Below are positions 28,802 to 38,712 of a stretch of 64,000 bases of DNA, one piece after another. The first letter of the stretch is position 1; each line of letters begins with the position of its first letter. The notes below the pieces were generated by a model. That model was given only the letters and a program-made list of their open reading frames with translations. It did not search any database and had not been told where the DNA came from. The translations under genes were made by a program, and so were the position numbers. The DNA lies in IMG/VR virus record IMGVR_UViG_3300005253_000005; one strand, given 5' to 3'. Source of the DNA: an uncultured virus (IMG/VR IMGVR_UViG_3300005253_000005). Taxonomy: Duplodnaviria > Heunggongvirae > Uroviricota > Caudoviricetes.

Positions 28802-30890
28802 TAAGTCTTCTCCTCTCCTGGGGCTAGGGCAGCACGGACTTGCCGCTCGCTCATGCGTAAGAACCTCGCTGCCTCACGGCGGGCGTCATTGTCCGGCACC
28901 CACGCTAGAACGCCCTGTAAGTGGCGCTTAGCCTCTGCAAACACAAGGGCATGAAGGCGGCACCCTCCGCATCGCTCCCCCTGGGCCAGCAGCGCCGCAG
29001 CAGCCGGGGAGGTGTCAGCGTAGAGCCTGTCGATAGCTTTACGCACTAGCGCCCACGGCGCATTCTCGCCCCGCTCGAACTCCACGCCCTCCGCAAGGGC
29101 CTCTAAGTCGTTGGCAGCGCACTCTAACGCACCGCCAGCCATTTGCACCAGCACCGCTTTCTCCGCATCGCAGGCCGGTGTGTTGGCTAGAGCAAACCGT
29201 AGTTCAAAGACTCCGGCGTATGGCTTTCGATGGTCTGCGTCTTCTAGGCGCTCAGGCCCATAGTAGGCAACATGACAGATTTTGAGTGCGAAGCCGTGAA
29301 ATGTCTCCCAGAAGGCGTCGTCGAAAATGAATCCTGGCTGCGTTCGCATCTTGTAAACGTAGTCGTCAACCTTCTGCGGCTTCTCAAGCCACTCACGTTG
29401 CGGTCCAAGAGCCTGGTAGAACTGTTCGACTTCGTTCTCCAGCAGCCTCAGCGCCTCGTCATTCATGGCAAGACCCCATTCTTCAACAGGGCGGCGACGA
29501 TAGAGACAGCCGCAAACAAACCGATAGACAGGAACATCACCGCTATCCACTTCCATTGATGAAAGCTCACTGCTTCTCCTCCTTCTCCCTGGCCTCTTCG
29601 GACGTGGCGTCGATGGCGGCACGAGCTTCCTTGCACCGGCTGGAGCACGGATACCTGATGCACCGTGTACGCGATTCATCCCTAGCCCAATTGACGTGGC
29701 GGCAACTGAAATGATGCCAGCGCCCACAGTAGCAACAATCCTCTCCTGATTTTAGTATCTCCTCTCGACGCAGCTTGGCCAGCGCCTTGTAGCCGTCGCG
29801 CTCACGCTCCAGGAAATGGATGCCATCTATGGTGAGTTGCACGATGGCCGTTGCTGTAGCCTGTAACTGGCTCCACAACCAAACGCCGCGCCCGTGCGTC
29901 TCGTCCAGCGCGGCCTGTAGGCGGGCATTATCGGTCTTGAGGCGAGAACAGGCAGTCATGTAGTGTTCAAGCTCGTCGGTTGCGCTCATTCGCTCTCTCC
30001 CAGAACAGTACGGAGGGCCGAAACGTAACCGCACCTGCAATCACGGACGCCAGGAGCGTGGTGATCCAGAACACAGTCCAGATGGTGCCTACCGTACTCC
30101 GTAAATAGCCTCTGCGCCTCCTCCAGCGCCTCCAGGGCGGCGGCACGCTCAGCCCGCAGATTTGCCATCTCCGCGCACTTGGAGCACACAGGCTTCACGG
30201 CCCGTCGCTCGCGCTCACCACACCCCCCACAGGCATAAGTTTCTTCAGTGACGCGTTGATGGCAGCCAACTAGAGTCGAACTCTCCAGCCTCCATTCACC
30301 GTGTCGGTGGAAACGCCCCTGTCGGTCTCGAAGGGCAGCCCCACTCATTCCGTCGCCGCCTCGCACAGCCTCTTTATCGCGGGTAGGTCAAGCACGGAGA
30401 GCCTCTTTGAGAGCGGCGAGTGCGGCACATGATGAGCACGGATAGCGAGGCACCGCAAGGCAGTTCGGGCTTGTCTTCAGCTTCACGCTCTCACAGCGCA
30501 ATGCCGCCACCATCTGCTCCGCCGCGACACGGGGAATAGTTACGGTTACAGTCTTGTCACCCATTATTCGCCTCCACTTCTCTCAGCCAAGAGGGGTGAC
30601 AGTCTCCCCGTAAACACGTCCCGCCGCCCGCTTCCGCCCCATCTTCGTTAAAGATGATCTCCCTATTACCGTAGGGTAGATCACCGAAGATAGACAGTTT
30701 CGTGAGGCCTGACGGCATCTTCTCAAATAACAGCGTCAGGCCGCTGGGCAAATCCTCCACGATTTGCTCGCAGATGGTGACCTGTCCGCCACCAGGTTTA
30801 AGCGCCATCATTCGCCTCCTTCGACACTCAGCCCACTCATCCGTATTCCTTTCGCCGCCTCGCACCGCGCCCTGGCCGCTTGGAGGTTAA
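28801..30890 (-). other. GC-rich cassette of small coupled genes (28801-29466; 29463-29570, a 35-aa TM peptide; 29567-29989; 29986-30348; 30388-30564; 30557-30811)
   Basis: ATGA/GTGA overlaps define the likely starts; visibly more GC-rich than the flanks. Confidence 0.6.
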
Positions 30891-31012
30891 AGGTTACAGG
30901 CGCTTCATCTTTAGCCACTGCCTCAGCTCCTCCTTTGTGCGAATGCCAATAAGCGCCAAGCCGTATGGCCCCAACCGATACTGCAGCGCTATCACATAAG
31001 CACTCAAAACAT

Positions 31013-31234
31013 TTACACTCTTTTCCACCATACCTTATCTCCGTAAACAACTGTTCCTTTACCATCATAGAGAATTATCTGTGGTATCCAGACTCTCGAA
31101 TCCTTCTTATCCACCCAATCTATGATGACACCTTCTTTACCGATGTCCTGCTTATGAGAGTGTCCCCACTTAGCTTTTTCTCGTATACCTGTTATCTTTA
31201 TTCTGATACTAACTTTAGGCTTCTGAGTTATCAT
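31013..31234 (-). CDS. Small SH3/KOW-like hypothetical protein
   Basis: RIKITG...IGKEGVII...IILYDG pattern. Confidence 0.45.
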   Translation of the reverse strand: MITQKPKVSIRIKITGIREKAKWGHSHKQDIGKEGVIIDWVDKKDSRVWIPQIILYDGKGTVVYGDKVWWKRV

Positions 31235-31396
31235 CTAAGCTAGCTCTCAGGCAATGCTGACAATTTACTTTAGAAATATCAGTTGTCGTATGTCCGAATG
31301 GGACACGACGAGGAATCCCAGAACCAGGAATCGTACATGCTACTGACACAGATAAGCCAGATGTATTCTTATCTCGTAGATGAATTGCCCAAGCCA

Positions 31397-32086
31397 TTAT
31401 AATACACCCTCATGCAGAAACTTATACAGACCTTCACTGCGTTTCCTGCCAAATCGCTTTAGCTCACTAAAGTCTTTAATAGACATACCTAACAGATCCT
31501 CAAACGTAGGCGCAGCGTTATACAAGATTTCAGCTATCTCTGCACCTATACCTGGAAAGCCCTGATAAGCCCAAAGCATATACGGTGAGTAACTAGGCTT
31601 TCCCCATCCATCACCTGCAGGCCCAGGCCGAGTACGAGTACTTTTGTGCTCTCCCTTCATCTCCCATCGCATCTGACTAATAAGCACTAAAGCTGTTTCT
31701 TTAATGCTAGGACTCAGAAGTAATTCTATACCTGATGCTTGGATAGAAGAAATTATACCAGAGACTTTATCTATCTCCCACCCACTAGGTCTATCTGGAT
31801 TAAGAATAAAACCACTGCTATTACAGCGCATAAATCCTTCAAAGAGAAAATAACTACGTCCACCATTTTCTATGTTCTGAATAAGTAGCTGAGTTACTCT
31901 AGCCAACCGCCCATCATTCATGGAAGCTAGTAAGTCCTGTGGTATATGTTTGCGTTCAACTAACGTTTTACGGCCACTAACAAACCAACCATAGTCAGTA
32001 GGAAGATTAGGATTAGACATACCTATGTCACCGAAGTCGTTTTTAATTTCATAGGGTTCAGTCGGATGATACATCACAGTGACCAT
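31397..32086 (-). CDS. ERCC4/XPF-family nuclease with C-terminal HhH motifs
   Basis: TDY...LVERKH...DLLASMNDGRL; FPGIGAEIA; KRFGRKRS. Confidence 0.85.
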   Translation of the reverse strand: MVTVMYHPTEPYEIKNDFGDIGMSNPNLPTDYGWFVSGRKTLVERKHIPQDLLASMNDGRLARVTQLLIQNIENGGRSYFLFEGFMRCNSSGFILNPDRPSGWEIDKVSGIISSIQASGIELLLSPSIKETALVLISQMRWEMKGEHKSTRTRPGPAGDGWGKPSYSPYMLWAYQGFPGIGAEIAEILYNAAPTFEDLLGMSIKDFSELKRFGRKRSEGLYKFLHEGVL

Positions 32087-32090
32087 AATA

Positions 32091-32471
32091 TTATTTAATC
32101 TGTCTAAATTTGTTGTAACATTCTGTGCTACAGAAAATCTTTTTAGTTCTTGTTAATTCTGACTGGCAACGATAAGTTTGCTTCTTGCAAAGAGTACACT
32201 TTACCCATTCTCCTTTACGTCTCAGTTCATATGAGTTTGGACTGCATAAGTCACAAAAGGCGTCTCTGTCTGGATAAGAGGTTAAATTAGTACATTCAGA
32301 ATTTAAGCAAATCTTTTCTTCTTTTATACCTCTGACTACATAAGGTATCTTTTCTTCAGTTACAACCTGATGAACATACTGTCTACTAACGCCTAAGTCG
32401 TCACCAATATCAGATAGATTATCAGTGAGCGGTCGCGGTAAGTCTAGTATTTTCTCCTTTGCAGTAACCAC
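32091..32471 (-). CDS. HTH plus Zn-finger protein
   Basis: LSDIGDDLGVSRQYVHQV; C..EC, CDLC, CTLC, FCSTECY. Confidence 0.75.
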   Translation of the reverse strand: MVTAKEKILDLPRPLTDNLSDIGDDLGVSRQYVHQVVTEEKIPYVVRGIKEEKICLNSECTNLTSYPDRDAFCDLCSPNSYELRRKGEWVKCTLCKKQTYRCQSELTRTKKIFCSTECYNKFRQIK

Positions 32472-32505
32472 ATGCTGTACCTCCTAACTACCACATCTAA
32501 TCTCA

Positions 32506-32754
32506 AGAAGACATATTATAGCTTGCTCAGAATTCAGCTATTCATCCTTTACTGTCAGGACAGACTCTTTATCCTGAAATCTCCATTACTCTCTGTTGAA
32601 ATATTGTTGAATGAATGAACTTCAACAGAAAAGCCCAATCTTGTGACGAATCAAGTTGGACTGCTCAGGCGCACAGAAGACGGCGAATGTCCTACTTCTA
32701 AGTTCACAGAAGCATCCTGATTTACCGTTCTGAGCAAGCTATAATATACCTCCT
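32506..32754 (-). ncRNA. Candidate ~250-nt multibranch structured RNA (alternatively a MITE-like element)
   Basis: Perfect 20-bp inverted repeat (32513-32532 / 32728-32747) that extends to 27 bp with G.U pairs only on minus; encloses several nested hairpins. Confidence 0.6.
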
Positions 32755-32761
32755 TTATACC

Positions 32762-33019
32762 TTACTGAATTTTGTGAAAGCCATCACTATCTATACCTGT
32801 ACAACGATAGATTAGCATATTAACACCCCGCGCTCCGCAAACTAAGCATTGCTTAAGAAGATCATCAAAGCCATCACTTGTATCTTCCTTCTTGTCTTCT
32901 TCTAAAGCAGCATCACGCAGACTCAAAAACATTTCATTCCTTATTTCGTTCTTACCCCATGAAGTTTTACTGTCTATACGATCTTCGAGCAACATCCACG
33001 CCCTAGAGAATACAGTCAT
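32762..33019 (-). CDS. Hypothetical protein
   Basis: 85-aa ORF (KTSWGKNEI...). Confidence 0.65.
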   Translation of the reverse strand: MTVFSRAWMLLEDRIDSKTSWGKNEIRNEMFLSLRDAALEEDKKEDTSDGFDDLLKQCLVCGARGVNMLIYRCTGIDSDGFHKIQ

Positions 33020-33852
33020 TATTTCTCACCTTTATTATTCTTTGTTGCGAGTATAGCTGTTCTAGATCGCTCTAGCTCCAACCAGAAATCTGTATTCTTT
33101 CGGCGAGCCTGTTTGCCTATACCTCTGTCTCCAAGAACTTCCATCTGATACTCAGAACCCACATACAGATAAACTATCGTATCAAACATACGAGGATTAC
33201 GCTTATGACCTTCTAGCTTAAAGCCAGTACCCATAGATGCATAAAACTGTTTCATGTCTTCATCCATAAATTTAGAGTCGAAGTGAATCTTCTCAATACC
33301 AGCTGTAGCAAGAATATTACAGGGCATAATATAGACCAGAGTGGTCATCTGCCCTTCGTATTCATAATTAATCGCATCATGATCAGATGGCTCTAGAACA
33401 GGAGCGCCTCTAGCACGTTTCGTCTTAATAGCTTCCCAGGGATCTGCCATTATCGCCTTCGTTTTAGAATCCACTTTATTAGTATCTGCAATATACTCAG
33501 ACCGGATTATACGAGTAATAATGTCCATACCCTCTATAATAATCCAATCGTCAGGACTAAGTTCTCCTGCTTCACGAAGACTCTTCAAGCCAGCAACAAA
33601 ATGGCGTACATCTTGCCAGTTATTAGAGATAAACTCAGGTGGCAACCATAATCCGTCTGGGCCTTTATGAGCACCGTGAACATTTCCCTGCTTTGCTACA
33701 TCAGGATACTCCAGTTCCAGAACTTTAGTTACACCATCATCTGGTTCTGCAACAAAGAACTGAGAGTTAGGATTACTACGTGCAATAGTAAGCCAGGAGA
33801 AAGTCTTGCCAGACTTTGACTCTCCCCCTAACATTATTCTTTCTCTAGTCAC
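33019..33852 (-). CDS. Sak4/AAA_24-like ATPase (putative single-strand annealing protein)
   Basis: GESKSGKT Walker A near the N-terminus, WIIIEGMD, FDTIVYL; adjacent to an exonuclease. Confidence 0.65.
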   Translation of the reverse strand: MTRERIMLGGESKSGKTFSWLTIARSNPNSQFFVAEPDDGVTKVLELEYPDVAKQGNVHGAHKGPDGLWLPPEFISNNWQDVRHFVAGLKSLREAGELSPDDWIIIEGMDIITRIIRSEYIADTNKVDSKTKAIMADPWEAIKTKRARGAPVLEPSDHDAINYEYEGQMTTLVYIMPCNILATAGIEKIHFDSKFMDEDMKQFYASMGTGFKLEGHKRNPRMFDTIVYLYVGSEYQMEVLGDRGIGKQARRKNTDFWLELERSRTAILATKNNKGEK

Positions 33853-33878
33853 TCACTTTCTCCTTTACCTCTATCTCC

Positions 33879-33907
33879 TTTATAACATACATCTGCAATA
33901 TTGTCAA
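33879..33907 (-). promoter_or_regulatory. sigma70-type promoter
   Basis: TTGACA-N17-TATAAA; spacer contains AGATGTATGT. Confidence 0.7.
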
Positions 33908-33919
33908 GCAAAGCAGACA

Positions 33920-34882
33920 TCATCTAGTTTGAAATTTCTCATAAGGTGTCTCTTCTGCCACTAGCTTATATATATCAGGAGCTAACTCCTTCAATTTATC
34001 AAGATCACAAGAGCGCCTACCTTCCTTAGTTACCATAACAATTTTATTCCCAATCTTCATACTTGTTACACCATTATTTTTAAGATATGCTATCATGGTC
34101 TTTTTAGCACTATCTTTACGCTCTTCACCCTGCTTATTAAGAGTTTTGCCTTCTTCGTAAGAAGACAAAGCTTGAACAACCTCAGCATCAGTAACATCAG
34201 GAATATTAGTCTGATGCTCACACATGCCTACATTGCGATAAGAGCAATACTTTCCAGATATAGATTCAGCAGAAGGACAATGCAGATATTTATAATCAAA
34301 GTTCGGGTCACTGTTAGCATTACTGAGAAGAGTTATCATGGTTTCTATTTTGATCCACTCTTCTTCATCGGGTGCAAGAACTAATTCATGAATCTCACCT
34401 GTTGCTCTATTCTTAATAGGTACATAGATAGATTCATGATCGTCAGACATTAATGAATATCCCTGTAGCTGCCTATACAAATGCGGAAAGTTACCCTTAA
34501 AATCTTTTATAGCCTTCAGATAAAAGGCTCTGTCCATACTCTTCACATCAAGAAGATACGTGTCAGCTGACAAGATTGCTGCAGCTAATTCAGGAGATAC
34601 GATAACCCTTCCATCTGGATGACCCCTCAAAGGAAGAGTAGGATGTCTTAATTCTACCTGTCTGTCATAGACAATAATACCTTTAACTTGCAGCTTGGCT
34701 ATTACATCATCTTCGTGTAGCCGACCCTCATCTGTAACAGCCATCTCAACAAAGTCACCTTCGATACCTCGCGCAATCAGAAAGCAACGTCGCTCGCAAC
34801 CTAATTGTGAAGAAGTCCAATATCCGAAAAAGGGAGGTGGGTTATGATGAACTGTTCTTTCTTTAGTTTCTTCTAAAACCAT
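33920..34882 (-). CDS. Cas4/YqaJ-like PD-(D/E)xK exonuclease
   Basis: SSQLGCER, GRLHE, GHPDG, LLDVKS, QLQGY and C-terminal Cys residues. Confidence 0.8.
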   Translation of the reverse strand: MVLEETKERTVHHNPPPFFGYWTSSQLGCERRCFLIARGIEGDFVEMAVTDEGRLHEDDVIAKLQVKGIIVYDRQVELRHPTLPLRGHPDGRVIVSPELAAAILSADTYLLDVKSMDRAFYLKAIKDFKGNFPHLYRQLQGYSLMSDDHESIYVPIKNRATGEIHELVLAPDEEEWIKIETMITLLSNANSDPNFDYKYLHCPSAESISGKYCSYRNVGMCEHQTNIPDVTDAEVVQALSSYEEGKTLNKQGEERKDSAKKTMIAYLKNNGVTSMKIGNKIVMVTKEGRRSCDLDKLKELAPDIYKLVAEETPYEKFQTR

Positions 34883-34891
34883 TACGATACC

Positions 34892-35143
34892 TTATATGGG
34901 TAGCCAAACTATCTCGGTAGCTCCGTCGTGACCATGTATCTTTTCAACTGCCTCAATACCCCTATCGTGAAACACTACACTTGTAGGCCAATCACCATAC
35001 CAGCGAAGGGCAACAACGCCGTCTGGAAACAGGACGCCACCAGCTACGATGCCCGTACCAGAGACACCTGTTTTATCCTCTTTCCGAACTAAACAGAATG
35101 AGCGAGGAAACGCATCCAGTATGTCAATTTGCATCGCGCTCAT
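34892..35143 (-). CDS. Conserved phage hypothetical protein
   Basis: EDKTGVSGTGIVAGGVLFPDG...RW...IHGHDGATEIVW, a pattern I recall from actinophage proteins. Confidence 0.7.
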   Translation of the reverse strand: MSAMQIDILDAFPRSFCLVRKEDKTGVSGTGIVAGGVLFPDGVVALRWYGDWPTSVVFHDRGIEAVEKIHGHDGATEIVWLPI

Positions 35144-35392
35144 TGTCGCCTCCGTCCCTGATAACGCCTCTCAAAATGAATAAACCGCCACGATTCAAGA
35201 GCAGACTCTTTTGTTGCTCCTGTTCCTACAGGAGGAGTAGATTGACATTCGCAAGAACGATCACCATTTTTGGCAGCACACCAGACCATCCAGAAAAGAG
35301 ATTCTTCGTTCTCAACCATCTCAACAATGCTAACAGGCCAACCCCAATCTTCTTCAAGAACAACCCCTTCATCCTTTAACTTTAACATATTG

Positions 35393-35743
35393 CTAATCCT
35401 CGTTATTGTCCTCTGACTCGAAACCGAGACTCAACACGCCTATAATACCCAAACTAAACATTTCTTCAGCAGTAACCTCATGTACCTGATCTTCAGTTAT
35501 AGAATCACTAAGCCACATAAGATCAGATGCTCTAGCTTTACACGATTCTGCGCGAGTTCGCCAGATCTCATCAGGATCAGGCATAATCTGCATCTTACCA
35601 TGTCCAGATATACCAGAAATCTCGTCAACTTTTTTTCTAATCTCTTTAGCATGTTGAGTACAATGCTCTGCCATAGTTTTATATTCTGGCACTTTTGTTC
35701 TAAGTCGTCTAACTAACTCGACACCACTAATCTTGAATGGCAT
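35393..35743 (-). CDS. Hypothetical protein
   Basis: 116-aa ORF with AGGAG RBS. Confidence 0.65.
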   Translation of the reverse strand: MPFKISGVELVRRLRTKVPEYKTMAEHCTQHAKEIRKKVDEISGISGHGKMQIMPDPDEIWRTRAESCKARASDLMWLSDSITEDQVHEVTAEEMFSLGIIGVLSLGFESEDNNED

Positions 35744-35906
35744 AATCTTCTCCTTTTATGCTTGGTTTTTACCGCGATTTAAACTATAGCAGCTAATATC
35801 CTAGCTATCGGATAGTCACTAGAAAACAATTGCCGCCAGAAGGACGACCTCAATCGCCTTCACCTTCCTGCTACAACAGAACGTTCTTTCAGCATAAATC
35901 TAATTG

Positions 35907-36704
35907 CTAACCACTGGCCTTTGCGATTTTCCCATCAGCTATAACAAGAACTGGAGAATCACCCTCGAAGTAAGACTCAATAAGTTGATTCTCTAGAATC
36001 CGAGAACTGATAGCATCATCTGCTGCAATCCTAGGATCACGCATTGCAGCCTGCTTACCCTCGATGACAGAACTCTTACCAAGGATAACAGAGATCAGAT
36101 GAGACTCTATTGATCCATCAACAGGTAATGGCGTTGACACTGGAGCTGTAGGCGCAGATGCGGGCGCAGCCGCTTCAACTGGTGCAACAATTGGTACAGG
36201 AACTGCTCCACCTAAAGCAGGAAGATGAGTAACAGGTAACAGGATAGAAGCCTCTCTATCCATTGTTCCACCCTCTGCAGTTGGCAGATCTGTATACTTT
36301 ACTACTTCTCTCTGCATGTGGAATCGTAAGTCCTTCCATACCCTAGCCTCTGTTGGAAGGCCACGTCCACGCATGTCTACACCAATCTTCAACACACGAT
36401 CCATGATTTTACCATAGTTACTAGAAGCATGAATCTTAGCAGGCTTACTTGGATCAGACGTAGGTTTAGTTATACTGGCACCAGCATCCTGAATAACCCA
36501 ATCCTTGCCACAACTGAACCATCCCTTGAAAGTTTCAAACGGGATATTAATTGGATCATGTGGCACATCTACTCGCATTACCCAAACTAACTGTGTGCCA
36601 AACTTCCCCTCTTCAAAGTAAGCATCAACGATAGTAACTTCTGCATCGTTAACGGGTGTTAGCGTTTCCGTTTCCCAAGCATCTTGCTGATCAGGTGGCA
36701 TCAT
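35907..36704 (-). CDS. Hypothetical protein, possibly ssDNA-binding (beta-rich N-domain plus P/A linker)
   Basis: ATG 36704 after AAGGAG; lies near the exonuclease/Sak4-like module. Confidence 0.5.
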   Translation of the reverse strand: MMPPDQQDAWETETLTPVNDAEVTIVDAYFEEGKFGTQLVWVMRVDVPHDPINIPFETFKGWFSCGKDWVIQDAGASITKPTSDPSKPAKIHASSNYGKIMDRVLKIGVDMRGRGLPTEARVWKDLRFHMQREVVKYTDLPTAEGGTMDREASILLPVTHLPALGGAVPVPIVAPVEAAAPASAPTAPVSTPLPVDGSIESHLISVILGKSSVIEGKQAAMRDPRIAADDAISSRILENQLIESYFEGDSPVLVIADGKIAKASG

Positions 36705-36723
36705 CTTCTCCTTCTTGCCATCA

Positions 36724-37194
36724 CTACCAAATCGAAACATCCTCTGGTTTATCTAACGGTTCATCTACTACACTTTTCCCTCCTTTAGGAACCCATCTAA
36801 GAGCCTTAAGAGTCTTCTGTTTCATATCGCCATCTGGCATATATCGGAGAAGCTTTCTAAGTAAGATCTGAGCTTGAAATCCTTGCCACACAATTCGTAC
36901 ATGTTTACCGCTAGACAATCCATCAATCCTTGACCACATAAATTTCTGGCTTATAGGAAGAATATAATAGAACTCTTCCTCTTTAACTAAAGATAAAATC
37001 AGCATCACCATTGGATACTTATTATTTCGTAGAGCTACTCTTCCTTTATCTATAAGAAGCTTATATAATTCAGGATAAGTAATTCCGTCTAAATGATACC
37101 ACTCTTTATAATCCGCCTCAGTCTCAGCTATGCCTCTCTGCCATCCACGGCCATACATCTTCCCCATATTCCAATTAACACGTCTTCGTGGCAT
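36724..37194 (-). CDS. Hypothetical protein; C-terminus weakly LAGLIDADG-like
   Basis: IVWQGFQAQILLRKLLRYMP...K...ALRW. Confidence 0.45.
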   Translation of the reverse strand: MPRRRVNWNMGKMYGRGWQRGIAETEADYKEWYHLDGITYPELYKLLIDKGRVALRNNKYPMVMLILSLVKEEEFYYILPISQKFMWSRIDGLSSGKHVRIVWQGFQAQILLRKLLRYMPDGDMKQKTLKALRWVPKGGKSVVDEPLDKPEDVSIW

Positions 37195-37413
37195 AATGCT
37201 TCCTACTGTAATTTAGTCTGAACTTATAGCCACGGGGAACTTATATACCCGTAGGGTAGTAGGAACATGACTCATACTTAGCATAGACCACGGCGGGGAA
37301 AATCGTATTAAGGCTTTTCTACCTTGGAACCTAAGAGAAAAAATCCTATAGGGTGTTTTCCCACCTTGATTTTTCATTGACATGTTATGAGATCTGCCCC
37401 CGTTTTTCTACTA

Positions 37414-37659
37414 CTAAGAGACGTGTCCGTTGCCGCCCAGACTACCAGTGAAAATCTGTCGGCCCTTCCGTAAGTTAGCCACAGCAAGATTGAATTCATA
37501 CTTAATTGTGTCATCTGTGAGCATTTTATCTGTTATTTCTACACTAAAGCCACAACGCTTACAAGAGACTATAGCTTTATCCTCTTGACGGTCAGATGAA
37601 TATGTTACTGAGCACTGCAGTTTTCTGTGCTCACAACTAGGATCAAGTTCTACACTCAT
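37414..37659 (-). CDS. Small Zn-ribbon protein, probably leaderless
   Basis: CEH...CKRCG; ATG is 6 nt downstream of a -10 box and has no RBS. Confidence 0.6.
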   Translation of the reverse strand: MSVELDPSCEHRKLQCSVTYSSDRQEDKAIVSCKRCGFSVEITDKMLTDDTIKYEFNLAVANLRKGRQIFTGSLGGNGHVS

Positions 37660-37665
37660 AAGAAA

Positions 37666-37694
37666 AGCATAACATATATCTGGTTACTTGTCAA
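37666..37694 (-). promoter_or_regulatory. sigma70-type promoter
   Basis: TTGACA-N17-TATGCT; spacer contains AGATATATGT. Confidence 0.75.
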
Positions 37695-38034
37695 GTGTCT
37701 TAGAATCTCCTGTCTTACGTCCTGCAATCCAAGTAAAAAACTCTTCCTCTGAATAAACAGCTACGCCTAGATGCTCAGCTATGCCTACATCTTCTTGTGT
37801 TCCAGTAGACTCTCCATCAAGCCAGAGAAGAACATCACAAGCTTCAATCCATGCATGATCTAAAGTCATCCAGTAACCATATTCATGAGGAGACATTAAA
37901 TGCCAAAGATGATAAAGAAGAGGAATAAAAGGCGTATGGCCTGCTTCTACTATACGCTCTGCAACCATAATCATGCGGCGTATATGTAGAGCAGCATCAC
38001 CTTTAGTATATGGGCCAGCGATATACACCCTCAT
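37684..38034 (-). CDS. DUF4406/DUF1937-type (nucleoside 2-deoxyribosyltransferase-like fold) protein
   Basis: RVYIAGPYT...GHTPFIP...CDVLLWLDGESTGTQED. Confidence 0.8.
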   Translation of the reverse strand: MRVYIAGPYTKGDAALHIRRMIMVAERIVEAGHTPFIPLLYHLWHLMSPHEYGYWMTLDHAWIEACDVLLWLDGESTGTQEDVGIAEHLGVAVYSEEEFFTWIAGRKTGDSKTLDK

Positions 38035-38161
38035 AAAAATACCTCACTGTCTTCGGGCCGCTACGCGGCCCCTCTCCAGAACCCGAAAATCTATCTCCAC
38101 TGCCCCTCCCGAAGCAGCCAGGGGTCATCGGTGCCGAGGATAGCCCTCCCCCACATAGAAG

Positions 38162-38323
38162 TCACTGACTGTTTTTAAACTCAGCGTATTCTCTAGCTCG
38201 CTTTTCAGCCTGTGGGCCAGCAAAGATTACGACGTAACATTCTCCCTCACTCTCATAGTCTGTGGCCTCTGCTCGCCAATCACCAGGATATAGTTTATCC
38301 TCAGTAACTTCGTATTTTAACAT
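38162..38323 (-). CDS. Small hypothetical protein (53 aa)
   Basis: MLKYEVTEDKLYPGDWRAEATDYESEGECYVVIFAGPQAEKRAREYA. Confidence 0.6.
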   Translation of the reverse strand: MLKYEVTEDKLYPGDWRAEATDYESEGECYVVIFAGPQAEKRAREYAEFKNSQ

Positions 38324-38712
38324 GTTAGGCAACCTTTACTAATAGACTTTAATTCAGTGTTTTTGTGTCCTTTGCGTGGAATCCATATAGTAAATCTGTT
38401 ACAACCACTGCAGCGAATCTGTCGATGGGTCTTGTTAGCTTCGTGTGCCCATGAGTGCCACTGTATATATCCATCAGGGTAAGGTGTATGCTCTTTGATA
38501 TTAGGACAGTTTTGTTTATTTTTAAGAAGTGTTTTTGATGTCACAGTATTAGTTCTTGAAGTTGACCGACAATCCATAGTGCTGCATATACAAATATGAC
38601 AAAGAAGAATAGTTTCTTCAATATTATACCTATCCCATAACCCACTGTACAGTATACCATACACAGTATGTTCCTACAACAACGAACCAGAGTATATTTA
38701 ATGCTTTATTCA

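Noticed and set aside
32506..32754. Retron msr-msd or group I intron reading of the structured element
   Set aside because: No RT gene in the window, no recognisable group I P/Q/R/S core, and no interrupted gene.
33920..34882. Cas4 as evidence of a CRISPR system
   Set aside because: Solo Cas4/YqaJ-like nucleases next to Sak4-like ATPases are ordinary phage recombination genes; no array seen.
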